Shown: positions 1 to 12,739 of the stretch, piece after piece
Layout of the letters: each line of letters opens with the position of its first letter
How positions within the stretch are numbered: the stretch's first letter is position 1
Assembly: GCF_009914755.1 (NCBI RefSeq)
Contig: NC_060925.1
Source of the DNA: the human T2T-CHM13v2.0 reference genome, Homo sapiens
Reading direction: 5' to 3' (one strand)
Length of the DNA: 64,000 nt
Notes under the pieces: generated by a model
Told to the model about the DNA's origin: nothing
Database searches by the model: none
What the model saw: the letters and a program-made list of their open reading frames with translations, nothing else
Made by a program: the position numbers and the translations under genes

Positions 1-483
1 CTTGCCCAATCCCACAGAATTATGATGTTCATCAACATGCATAATTTATGAAAGAACACATAAAAAAGCGCTTTGCACATGTTAAAGTTTTATAAAACAT
101 ATAAGGTAGTCTTGTGATTTGTGAAGCTTTTATATGTCCCCATACCCATTTCAGGTACATTTACACACACACACCCTCGCATTTGCTGCATTTCACATCT
201 GTTGGGCTGCCCCTGAAGGACACAATCTAATTCCCTGTTATCATGAATAAATAATGATAGCAGAACAACAAAGAAGAACAGGAAACACAAAGTGGTACTA
301 CGGCCAGTAAAGCCTCTGTGCATATGATATCCTGAATTTCTTTTATTAATTTCTCTAGTTCTGTTCCATTTATCTGTCTGAGCACCAGAGGGCTAAGCCA
401 CAGATACAAGGTCCTCTCTCCTCTGTGATCAGCCACATGTCTCTGCTTCTGTGCATTCTACTCTAGAATGGACACACCTGGTA

Positions 484-916
484 ACATGGTTTGAATGTGA
501 CTCTCCATATCTCATGTTGAAACGTGACCTCCAGTGTTTGAGGTGGGCGCAGTGGGAGGCATTTGAGTCTGGGGGCAGATCCCTCATGAATATGTCGTTG
601 CTGTCCTCATGGTAATGAGTGAGCTCCCACTCTGTTAGTTCACGTAAGAGCTGATTGTTTAAAAAGAGCCTGGCACCTCCTCCTCTCTCCTGTTGCTCCC
701 TCTCTCCCCAGGTGACATGACAGCTCCCCACTCACCTTCTGCCATGACTGCAAGCTTCCTGAGGCCTCATGAGAAGCTGAGCAGATGTGAGTGCCATGCT
801 AGTACAGCCTGCAGAACTATGAGCCAAATAAACCTCTTTTCTTAAGTTACTCAGCATCATTTAATGCAATTACTATAATTGCATTCTTTTATAGCAATGC
901 AAAATGGACAAACACA
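484..916 (+). mobile_element. MaLR solo LTR, MST family (MSTB-like)
   Basis: Starts ATGGTTTGAATGTG..ATCTCATGTTGAAA. Contains CAGCCTGCAGAACTATGAGCCAAATAAACCTCTTTTC and ends ATAGCAATGCAAAATGGACAAACACA. Confidence 0.85.
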
Positions 917-2029
917 CTATGGCTGCCTGACCTTCCATAGTGAAAAGAGGATATTAGGCATGAGTGTATTGTCATTTATAAAGCATGATGCTGATACGTA
1001 GAACTGTTTGGTTCTTTCCAGGTAATGCATCCCATTTATGTACAGGGGCAATTCTGAAGCTACATGACATGGAAAAAGACTGTCCTTTTCCCGTTTGGCT
1101 ACATAGAATGGCAGTGCTTACTGTTGCAAACAGGTATCATAAATGTAAAGGAAACAAGAGTGGCTCTGAGCAACAATAGTCCCAGCGGCTCTCCCTGTAC
1201 TCCCTGTCTGTTCTCTTCTTCCACCTGGTACTACCCAACTTCTTTACGATATATGCATTCGTCTAGAGCATTGTAGCATCCCAACTCATTTGACCTCTCA
1301 ACAACCTTGTAAAGTCGGGAAGGCAAGGGCTTTATTATTCCCATTTTAGAAATAATGACTGGTGTTCCCTGGCACCTCAAACACATGCAGTTAGCACCCA
1401 TACTTCTTTCACAACAGGATGAGTTACTGAAAAATTAACAGTAGTGCTGTTGCTTTTGCTGGGTCAGCTTATTAGCAGAAAAGAGAGAATGTGGAATTGC
1501 CACAACACCCTCACGGGAAGCATTGCCAGGCCACTGGGGGCTGAGTTCAAGCCAACTCAACCCCTGGCCATGTAGACAGCCACATTGCACATAAGATGTT
1601 TAACTGGTGGCCAACTTTAAGATATTGAGGAGATTTTCCCAGAAACTATGATTTCCAGTTTCTCTTGGAGAAGGTGGAAGATCTCTGAACCTGGAGATGG
1701 CAGGGCTTCAAGGTGGGATGGTTGTGGTGGGTGCCAGGAGTCAGTGATGTCCCCGTGGCAGAGTCTGGAAGTGGAGAGTGGGGAGGGGGGCATTAGCAGG
1801 TGTCGCTCTCGCAACTTCACATGCCCAAGAACCTGAGCATTGGCAGCGCGGCCTCTGAGGCCTGAAGAGCAGAAGCCCTTCTCTAGTTTCCTTGGCTGTG
1901 TTAGCCGGGAGGCTTTCATGAAATCCCAAGGGGGCAGGAAGTAGGGAGGGGTCCCCAAAAAGTAGTCGAGATTGAATCTTTTACCAAATTTGACAAATGA
2001 GGGTTTTGTTTTGTAATTTTTATTTAAAA

Positions 2030-2344
2030 AGTATTTATTTATTCAATGTATTTATTTTTTTAGAGACACAGTCTCGCTCTATTACCCAGGCTGGAGTGCA
2101 GTGATATAATCATTGCTCACGGTAGCCTCAAACTCATGAGCTCAAGCAATCTTCCTGCCTCAGCTACCCCAGTAGCTGGGACTACAGACATGCCACCACG
2201 CCTGCCTAATTTTTTTTTTTTTTTGGTAGAGACAGGGTCTTGCTATGTTGCCCAGGCTTATCTCAAACTCCTGGCCTCAAGTGTTCTTCATTGCTCAACC
2301 TCCCAAAGAGTTGGGATTATAGGCATGAGCCACTGTGTTTGGCC
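2030..2344 (-). mobile_element. Alu (AluJ-like)
   Basis: T-rich tail followed by GAGACACAGTCTCGCTCT..GCTCAAGCAATC..GAGCCACTGTG. Confidence 0.92.
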
Positions 2345-2354
2345 TTTTGTGTTC

Positions 2355-2835
2355 TCTTATGAGACGGTCAGCCAGCTGTGGTCACAAGAGGAGACACTGG
2401 AGAGGCTCAGGAAAACAAGTTCATGATACTCACAGTTCTAGAGACAGGAAGTACACCATGCCAGGCAGAGCCACATGGGGAAGACGCTAGGATGGTCAGG
2501 AGGAAGAAGGCAAGACTGAGGGGAAAGTTGAGGTCAGAGCCTTCGCTGGAGTTTTCGGGGAGAGAAAAGGCAAGGTGGGTGAACAGTTTAGGATTGGCTG
2601 CTTTGCAGAATTTCACAGGGCCCTAAGCTATAGGGGTGGCACACTAGGGAGTTGCCTGGCACCTGGCCCTGGGATGATTAGGGCAGAGGAATATTGCCTC
2701 CTGCGGAGCAAGGGCAGGATAGAGGAGGTGTGTTGGTTAGTTTGCATATCAGAGGCTTGTTTGGAGCTGGATTAGGCTCTGACAATTAGCTGGCTCAGGG
2801 AGGGCTGTCTCTCTCCTCCATAAAGTTTTTCAACA
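2355..2835 (-). mobile_element. Probable old ERVL-class LTR (MER73/MER74-like); family uncertain
   Basis: TACTCACAGTTCTAGAG..CCATGCCAGGCAGAGCCACATGGGGAAG resembles the antisense strand of these LTRs (from memory). Confidence 0.35.
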
Positions 2836-3125
2836 TGTCAAGACATAATATACAGAAAAATTAAAACAATATGCAATACAAACTTAGAGCCAGATATAAC
2901 TTGATTCAAAATGAATAAGTTAAATAATGTACTGACTTGGAGCAATCGGCACTTCCTGAGAATCAGGCTTCTCTGTGGCCCATGAGCTTCAGCAGAGACT
3001 CCTGTGGGGTATTTGTGTAGGTAGAGAAGATCTCTCCACCCCAACACGGTCTTCCTACTTGAAAACATAACACACTCCCTACTTATATTTATTTTTCATG
3101 AATGATTTTATAATTCTATTTAAAT

Positions 3126-3355
3126 CTTTTTTTTTCGAGACAGAGTCTCATATTGTTACCGGGGCTGGAGTGCAATGGCACGATCTCGGCTCACTGCAAC
3201 CTCAGCCCCTGGGTTCAAGTGATTCTCCTGCCTCAGCCTCCCGAGTAGCTGGGATTACAGGTGCATGCCAACACGCCAGGCTAATTTTTGTGTTTTTAGT
3301 AGAGAAGGGGTTTCACCGTGTTGGCCAGACTGGTTTCGAGCTCCTGACCTCGTGA
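3126..3355 (-). mobile_element. Alu (AluS-like), left arm truncated
   Basis: Poly-T, GAGACAGAGTCTC..; ends at CTCCTGACCTCGTGA. Confidence 0.9.
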
Positions 3356-3889
3356 GTAATACCTGTTCATTGTACCTAAAATTCAGAGAAAAAGTTGGGG
3401 GATATTTTTAAAAACACACTTGAATTCCTGTTATGCAGGAATACTTAATATTTTGGACACAGAGTTATGAAGAAGCTATGGAAAAACTCAACTGTTTCTC
3501 TCCCCATCCCCCATGTATGTGTGTATGTATACACTCATGTATGTGAACATAAGTACATAATTATATTTATATGTACATCTATATATCTACACCTATTTAG
3601 GTTCAGTTTGCTAAAGCCGAAATCCTCCCTGCTTTAAATCACAGCGGAAGGCCTCCTTCCTCAGTTCACTGGTACTTTCCTAGCTCTACCTCTTTCTTAC
3701 TGGTTTCTATGTTCTTTCTTACTGATTACTTCTTTTTTCACCCTGGGCTACTGCTTCCCCTGCCTCTCCTATCTGTATATACTTCAAATGAGGAGGGTAA
3801 AAGGTAGCATGTAATTACAAAAGGACTTCAAATATTGCACAGTCAAGTTCTAAACAATCTTTAGAACACCGACTGACTCTGCCAGTCCC

Positions 3890-4240
3890 AGGACACGTTA
3901 GCAGAAAACGGGACCCCTTGGTGCTGTGGTGCTGTGGGCATGGTGTCTGCCAGCCAGTGGCTCCATTTGGGCACCTTTGTCATCTTTGCTGATTGTCTCG
4001 GCTTATGCAATTTTTTTATTTTTATTTTTTATTTTTTTGCATTTTGCCGTTTCTCATTTATAAAGTGAGTAAAAAATGGGTACATGAAAGTGATGGTTCT
4101 AGTGGTAAGAAGACTAATTAAGTTGATACAAAGAGCATTGAAGTGTGAAGTCTTCAGCCTCAGCGAGATGTTTATTAGACTTAAGCCGGTCAATCGCATG
4201 CCAGTGATAAGGAAAGAAACAAAAGTCATTGTGTTAGCTA
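3890..4240 (+). mobile_element. Possible TcMar-Tigger transposase N-terminal remnant
   Basis: 4154-4201 translates SASARCLLDLSRSIAC, resembling the pogo/Tigger HTH motif (xSIGRSLGLSRSTVC). Frame is broken. Confidence 0.35.
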
Positions 4241-4959
4241 CTATAGATATAGAGTGTGTGGTGTAAATAGTGACTTAAAATATTTTTTTAGCTCTCTGGG
4301 AATGAAACATTTATTGGCATCTGCTATATATACCAGGCTAAAAAAGTTATTTCCAATTCTGAAATAATTGACAATTCAAAGTTAAATTTTTATGAAGTTA
4401 TTTTTCTGACTGTAGCCAGAGTTTTTTGATTCTTGAATTCCAAATTATCTTCCTCTTCTTCAACTGTCAATTTTTCCTCCACCACAATAGTGTTCCCTCC
4501 TTAGTGATTTTTTTCATACCAGATGATTAATTTATGTTTCAGAAAAATAGAGACACTGAACAATGCTAGGCCTTCGGAACTTTTAACCGTTGACAGAATT
4601 TTCACAGAAATGCAGAGAAATGGGGAATATTATGAAGAAATGACATCTAATGCTATTCCACTAAACTCATTTTGATGGTTTCCAACCAACTACTTTGGCT
4701 AAATCTTCAATTCCAAGTAGATAGATTTCAGTTATGTTTTTTATTTATCTATATTCAAAATCTATAATGTTAAGTATTATGAAGCAATAGCTAAAGGGAA
4801 AAAATCCAAATAAAAAAGTTAAAAAGGGGAAGTTTTGGATAATGGATAGTGTACAAAACAAATCTGTGAGTTAATACCACCTATCTAAATAATTTTGTAA
4901 TTTTTCATCATTATTTGAAAGATGACAATATGAGGGTTCAGAATCTCTGTTATCCTCAA

Positions 4960-7140
4960 GAATGATGAAAAGCATACTTTAAAAATTTGATAGCCTGCAG
5001 TAAAGTTCTTAATGGTGAAATAATGAGGGCTTTTCTCTTAAGATCAGGAAAGAGACAAGAATGTCCACTATCTCCCTTTTATCCGCTATTATAGTAGAAT
5101 CTAGCCAATATAATAAGACAAAAGAATGAAATAAAGGTATAACATAGGAAATAAATAAATAAAACTGTTTTATGCACAAAAAACAATGATTCTGCACATA
5201 GAAAATAAAAAAAATCTATGCAGGTAAAACATATAATTAATAGGTGAATTTTACAATATTACTGAATACACAAATATCCAAAAATCACTTGTATTTCTAT
5301 ACACCAGCAACTTAAAGAAATTAAAATTTAAATGGTAGAATTCAAAATAGCACAAAATAATCAAATATCTTTAAAATACATGTATTTAAAGACATGCAAG
5401 AACTTTATACTGAAAATAAAACTACCTTTATGGAGAGGAATCAAAGAAGACATAAATAAGCAGGAAGCAGAAGGATATACGATTTTCATAAAGTGGAAGG
5501 CTCGGTATTTTAAGATGTAATTTCTCCTACAATTTACCTATAGATTCAATGCCATCATAGTAAAAAACCTAGAAGGTGGGTTTTTTGGGGGTAAAAGTTT
5601 AAAAGTGATTCTCACTTTCTCTCTGGCTCACTTTCTCTCTCACACACACACATATGTATATAGCAATTTAAAAAGCTAAGAAGATAAAAAATAATATTGA
5701 GGTAGAATTTACACTATCAGATATCAAAATTTATTATAATGGTACAGTAATTAAAATAGCATAGTGTTGGGCAAAGACAGTAAGTAAGCAAAAAGAACAG
5801 AAAAAAAGCTGTACATATATGGTCACTTATTTACAACAAAGATGTTCCTGCAATGCAGGGAGGAAGAAAATTCTTTTCAATAAATGTGGCTGTGCTGAAT
5901 GAATAACTGTATTTGAAATAACTCAACTTGAATCCTACCTCACACCATACAAAAAAAATTAAATTCCAGGTGGAATGTGGATCTAAATATGCAAAGTGTA
6001 AAGGACTGACAAATTGGACTTGTTAAAATTTAGAACATCTGTTAATAAAATGACAGTAATAAGAAAGTGAAATGAAGGCTGGGCGCAGTGGCTCATGCCT
6101 GTAATCTCAGCACTTTGGGAAGCCAGGGCGGGCAGATAACCTGACATCTGGAGTTTGAGACCAGCCTGGCCAACATGGTGAAACCCCATCTGTACTAAAA
6201 ATACAAAAATTAGACAGACCTGGTGGCATGTGCCTGTAATCCCAGCTTCTCAGGAGGCTGAGTCATGACAATCACTTGAACCCAACAGATGGAGGTTGCA
6301 TTGAGCTGAGATGATGCCACTGCACTCCAGCCTGTGTGATAGAGTGAGACTGCCCAAAAAGAAAAAAAAAAAGAAAGGAAGTGAAATGAGAAATCCACTG
6401 AAAAAAAGATATCTATAGTATATGTAAATGACAAAGAACTCACATTCGAAATATTTTTTAAAACTCCTCAAATCATTAAGAAAAAGGCAACTCAATTTAA
6501 AAATGGGCCAAAAACTTTAATGGCTACTTCACAAAATATGGTACCAAATAGCTCAACATCATAATTAATTGAAGAAATGGAATATAAAATCACAATATGA
6601 TAGTATAATACCTCCCATTCCTCCATTTCTGAATGGCTAAAAGAGGTGGAGGGAGTACCAAGTATAGAATATAGAACAGTGGGGTCATATGCTGTTTGGT
6701 GTATCTACCTAGACACATCATAATATATGTTCCTTATAAACCAACAATTCTATCATAAGTGTATACCAATAGACATTTGTGCATATGTGTGCCAAAAGAC
6801 ATGTACAACGTTTTTGTAAGCATTACTTTAATAGATCAAAATGGCAAACAGCAGAATGAATGCTATACAGCCATGAAAATGAATTACTGCTGCATATAAT
6901 AACATGAAAGAATTTTACATAGTGTTGATGGAACTAAGTAAGGCACAAAATAATATATACCATGTGATTGCCTGTATATAAAGCTTGAAAATAGTCAAAC
7001 CTAATATGTGGTATTAGAAGTTGGAATATAGGTTAGGTTACTTTTGAGTAGGGATTAATGACTGCATACCTAAGATTTGTGCATCTTTCTGTATAAATAT
7101 TATACTTCAATTGAAATTAGAATCTTACTTAAAAATAAAC
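4960..7140 (+). mobile_element. Old L1M (ORF2 3' half plus 3' UTR), interrupted by an Alu
   Basis: Degenerate ORF2 motifs: AATGGTGAAA..AAGATCAGGAAAGAGACAAGAATGTCCACTATCT, ATAGATTCAATGCCATC, CTACCTCACACCATACAAAAA. A-rich + strand. Confidence 0.85.
6077..6378 (+). mobile_element. Alu (AluS-like), full length
   Basis: GGCTGGGCGCAGTGGCTCA..A-tail; TSD AAGTGAAATGA on both sides. Confidence 0.95.
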
Positions 7141-9024
7141 TTTTCCACAGCAAAATGTGCCTCTTGTTTTCACCTTTGAATTTATCAGCAATCAGTAGAA
7201 GTTCATCATAACCTAACAAATCAAAATTTCTCCATCTGTCTCATTTCCTTAAAGATTGTTTTCAATTCCTTCTGTGTCCAGAATGTTAATCTCAAATATT
7301 TCACTTATATTTGATACTATTTTCTTCACTTTTAAATATTTATATCAAAACTTTATACTAGCGCATAGTGTAGTGAGACGTTAAATTGATTTTTCCCAAA
7401 TTACTTGCTTATCTCAATGTAATTAATTAACTAATATTCTCTTTCCTTTTAAAAGTTCTATACAAAAAAAGTATGTATTCTGCCCTAATAAGTTATTTGT
7501 CTATTCTTGCACCAGTACACTTTAATTATAACTGCATTGTAATGTATTTGTAACTTACTGTCTTCTGTCAATTTTTAAAATTTTCTCCCAGAATTGTCTT
7601 ACTTTAGAATTATTTGAATTTTATTAATTTAAAAATAGAAGAACATTCTATTGATAACCATGTCATCTATTTGGAGAGAATTATTATTATTATAATTCTG
7701 AGAATATCATGCCCTTAAATGTTTTCAGCATTTGTTGATACAATCTCTGTTCTCTTGGTGTAACAGAAAAGGAATCAGGAAATCTAAATTTGAGTTCTTG
7801 TTCTTCAACAAAGTAATTGTGTGACTTTGAGACAGTTACCAAAAGGATATCATTTTTTTTATAAATTGATTTTCATAGCTTCTACTTATTTTTTTCTTGG
7901 AGAGAATTTGCTTTTGTTGATTTATAATATTTATTTATAAAATAAAAATATTACTTACATCTATTAAGTGCTTGCAAATTTTCTTAATTTGTAAAATACC
8001 TAATAATTTGGTAAATCATTATTTTGATGTTTGTTTTTTGTGGAAGGAGAGTTTGAATTTCCTTTTTTGTAGCTTGATTATTTTATTGGGGTTTAATTTA
8101 CATATAGTGACATGTACAAGTCTCAGTGATTTCTGACAAACCACATACTCCCTGTATCCACCCCCTATCAAGATACAGAACATTCCTTTTTTAAAAAAAG
8201 TTCATTTTTATTTCAACAGTTTTTGGGGTACAGGTGGTTTTTGGTTACATGGATAAGTTTTTTAGTGGTGATTTCTGAGATTTTAGTGTATCTGTTACCC
8301 AAGCTCTGTGCACTCTGCCCAATATGTAGTCTTTTATCTCTCAGCCCCCTCACAAGCTTCCCCCTTGAGTCCTCAAAGTCCATTATATTATTCTTATGCC
8401 TTTGCAGCCTCATATCTTAACTCCCACTTATAACAGAGAACATTATCATACACACTGTATGTATGAGAACACACAATATTTAGTTTTCCATCCCTGAGTT
8501 ACTTTATTTAGAATAATGGCCTCCAACTCTATCCAAGTTGCTGCAAAAGACATTATTTCATTTCTTTTTATGGCTGAGTAGCATTCCATAATATATATAC
8601 TACATCTTCTTTATCCACTCGTTGGTTGATGAGGACTTAAGTTGGTTCCATATCTTTGCAACTGGGAACTGTGCACATGTGTATTTTTCATATAATGACT
8701 TCTTTTCCTTTGGGTAGATACCCAGTAGTGGGATTGCTGGATCGAATGGTAGTTCTACTTTTAGTTGTTTAAGAAGTCTCCATACTGTTTTCCATAGTGG
8801 TTGTACTAGTTTACATTCCCACCGGAAGTATAAAAGTGTTCCCTTTTCATCACATCCACACCAACATCTATTGTTTTTTGATTTTTAAATTATGGCCTTT
8901 CTTGCAGGAGTAAGGTGGTGTTGCATTGTGGTTTTAATTTGCATTTCCCTGATAATTAGTGATGTTGAGCATCTTTTCATAGAAAAATAGAATTGTCTAT
9001 TCATGTCATTTGCCCACTTTTTGA

Positions 9025-9342
<318 letters not shown>

Positions 9343-11143
9343 GGGATTGTTTGTTTGTTTGTTTTTTCTTGCTGATTTGTTTGAGTTCTTTGTAGATTCT
9401 GGATATTAGTCCTTTGTCAGATGCGTCATTTACAAATATTTTCTCCCACCTGTCTGTTTACTCTGCTGATTATTTCATTTCCTAGGCAGAACCTTTTTAG
9501 TTTAATTAAGTCCCATTTATTTATTTATTTTTGTTTTTGTTGCATTTGCTTTTGAGTTCTTGGTCATGAACTCTTAGCCTAAGTCAATGTCTAGAAGAGT
9601 TTTTCTGATGTTATTTTCTAGAATTTTTATGGTTTCAGGTTTTAGATTCAAGTCTTTGATCTATCTTGCGTTGATTTTTGTATAAGGTGAGAGATGAGAA
9701 TCCAGTTTCATTCTTCTACATGTGGCTTGCTAGTTTTCTCAGCACCATTTATTGAGTAGGATGTCCTTTCCCCAATTTATGTTTTTATATGCATTGTCAA
9801 AGATCAGTTGGTTGTAAGTATTTGGCTTTATTCTTGGATTCTCTATTTTGTTCCTTTGCTCTACTTGCCTATTTTTATGCTAGTACCATGCTGTTTTGGT
9901 AACTATAACCTTATAGTATACTTTGAAGTCTAGTAATATGATGCCTCCAGATCTGTTCATTTTGCTTAGTATTGCTTTGGCTATGCAGGATTTTTTTTTT
10001 GGTTCTAGATGAATTTTAGGATTATTTTTTCTAGTTCTGTGAAGAATGATGATTTTTGATGGGAATTGCATTGAATCTGTAGATTGCATTGGGCAGTATG
10101 GTCATTTTCACAATATTGATTCTACCCATGAGCATGGAATGTGTTTACATTTGTTTGCGTACTCTATGTTTTCTTTCAGCAGTGTTTTGTAGTTTTTCTT
10201 GTAGAGATCTTTCACCTCTTTTGTTAAGCTATATTCCTAAGTGTTTTTTGTTTTATTTTGTTTTTGCAGCTGTTATAAAAGAGATTGAGTGCCTCATTTG
10301 ATTTTCAACTTGGTCATTGTTGGTGTATAGCAGTGCTACTGACTTGTGTACCTTGATTTTGTATCCTGAGACTTTACTGAATTAGTTTATCAGATCTAAG
10401 AGCTTTTTGGATAAATCTTTAGGGTTTTCTGGGTATATGGTCATATAATCACCAAAAAGCAACAGTTTGACTTCCTCTTTTCTAATTGAGATGCCGTTTC
10501 TTTCTTTCTCTTGTCTGGTCTGATTGCTCTGGCTAGGACTTCCAGTACTATGTTGAATAGAAGTGGTGAAAATGGGCATCCTTGTCTTGTTTCAGTTCTC
10601 AGGGGAATGCGTTCAACTTTTCCCCTTGTTGGGTGTGGGTTTGTCATATATGGCTTTTATTACTTTGAGGTAAGTCCCTTATATGCCTATTTCACTGAGG
10701 GTTTTTATCATAAAGGGATGCTGGATTTTATAAAATGCTTTTTCTGTCTATTGAGATGATTCTATGGGTTTTTGTTAATTAATTCTGTTTATGTGATGTA
10801 TCACATTTGTTGACTTGCATAACCATCCCTGCATCCCTGGTATGAAACCCACTTGATCATGATATGTTATCTTTTTTATATAATATTGGATTCGGTTAAC
10901 TAGTATTTTGTTGAGGATTTTTTTTTATTAATGCTCATCAGGAATATTGGCCTGCAGTTTTCTGTTTTGTTATGTTATTTCCTAGTTTTGGTATTAGGGT
11001 GATACTAGCGTCATAGAATGATTTAGGAAGGATTCCTTCTTTATCTTTTGGAATAGTTTCAGTAGGATTAGTATCAATTCTCCTTTGAATGTCTGATAGA
11101 ATTCAGCTGTCAATCCATCTGGTCCTGGACTGTTTTGTTGGCA

Positions 11144-11352
11144 ATTTTTTTTTTTTTTTGAGACGGAGTCTCGCTGTCGCCCAAGCTGGAGTGCAGTGGC
11201 GCCATCTTGGCTCACTGCAAGCTCTGCCTCCCGGGTACACGCCATTCTCTGCCTCAGCCTCCCTAGTAGCTGGGACTACAGGCACCCACCACCTCGCCCG
11301 GCTAATTTTTTGTATTTTTAGTAGAGACGGGGTTTCACTGTGTTAGCCAGGA
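11144..11352 (-). mobile_element. 5'-truncated AluY-like element with TSD
   Basis: GCAAGCTCTGCCTCCCGGGTACACGCCATT (Y-like). Stops at GTGTTAGCCAGGA; flanked by GGCAATTTTTTT on both sides. Confidence 0.9.
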
Positions 11353-11436
11353 GGCAATTTTTTTTTATTACTGATTCAATCTCACTGCTTGTTATTGATC
11401 TGTTCACGGTTTCTATTTCTTCCCAGTTTAACCTAG

Positions 11437-11833
<397 letters not shown>

Positions 11834-12739
11834 CACTCTTTTGTATTTCTATGGTATTGGTTGTAGTATATCCAGTTTCATTTCTAATTGAGTTTATTCA
11901 GATCTCTCTTGTTGGTTAATCTCACTAATGGTCTATCAATTTTGTTTATCTTTTCAAAGAACCTGCTTTTTGTTTCATTTATTTTTTGTATTTTTATTTT
12001 TTTGGTTTCCATTTCATTTAGTTTTGCTCTGATCTTTGTTATTTCTTTTCTTCTACTGGGTTTGGGTTTAGATCTTGTTTCTCTAGTTCCTTGAGGTGTG
12101 ACATTAAGGTGTTTATTTGTGCTCTTTCTGACTTTTTGATGTAGGCATTTAATGCTATGAACTTTCCTCTTAGTATTGCTTTTGCTGTATCCCAGAGGTT
12201 TATAGGTTGTGTCACTATTATTGTTCAGTTCAAAGAATTTTTAAATTCCCATTTTGATTTCATCGTTGACCCAAAGATCACTCAAGAGCAGATTATTTAA
12301 TTTCCATGTATTTGTAGAGTTTTGAGGATTTTTTGAAGTTATTTCCAGTTTTATTTCACTGTGGTCTGAGAAGATATTTGATATTATTTTGATTTTCTTA
12401 GATTTATGGAGATTTGTGGCCTATCATATGGTCTATCTTGGAGAATGTTCCATGTGCTGATGAGAAGAATGTATATTCTGCAGTTGTTGGGATGAATGTT
12501 CTGTAAATATATATGTCTGTTTATTCTAGGGTATAGTTTATATCCATTGTTTCTTTGTTGACTTTCTGTCTTGATGGCCTGTCTAGTGCTGTCAGTAGAG
12601 TATTTAAGTCCCCCACTATTATTGTGTTGCTGTCTATCTCATTTCTTAGGTCTAGGAGTAGTTGTTTTCTAAATCTGGAACCTCCAGTGTTAGGTTTTCT
12701 CTGTTTTTTTCTCTTTCTAACTAAGAGATTACTAATCAC

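Noticed and set aside
227-436. Minus-strand ORF with helical-looking ELEKLIKEIQDII
   Set aside because: Non-ATG start, no recognised homology, no convincing splice boundaries.
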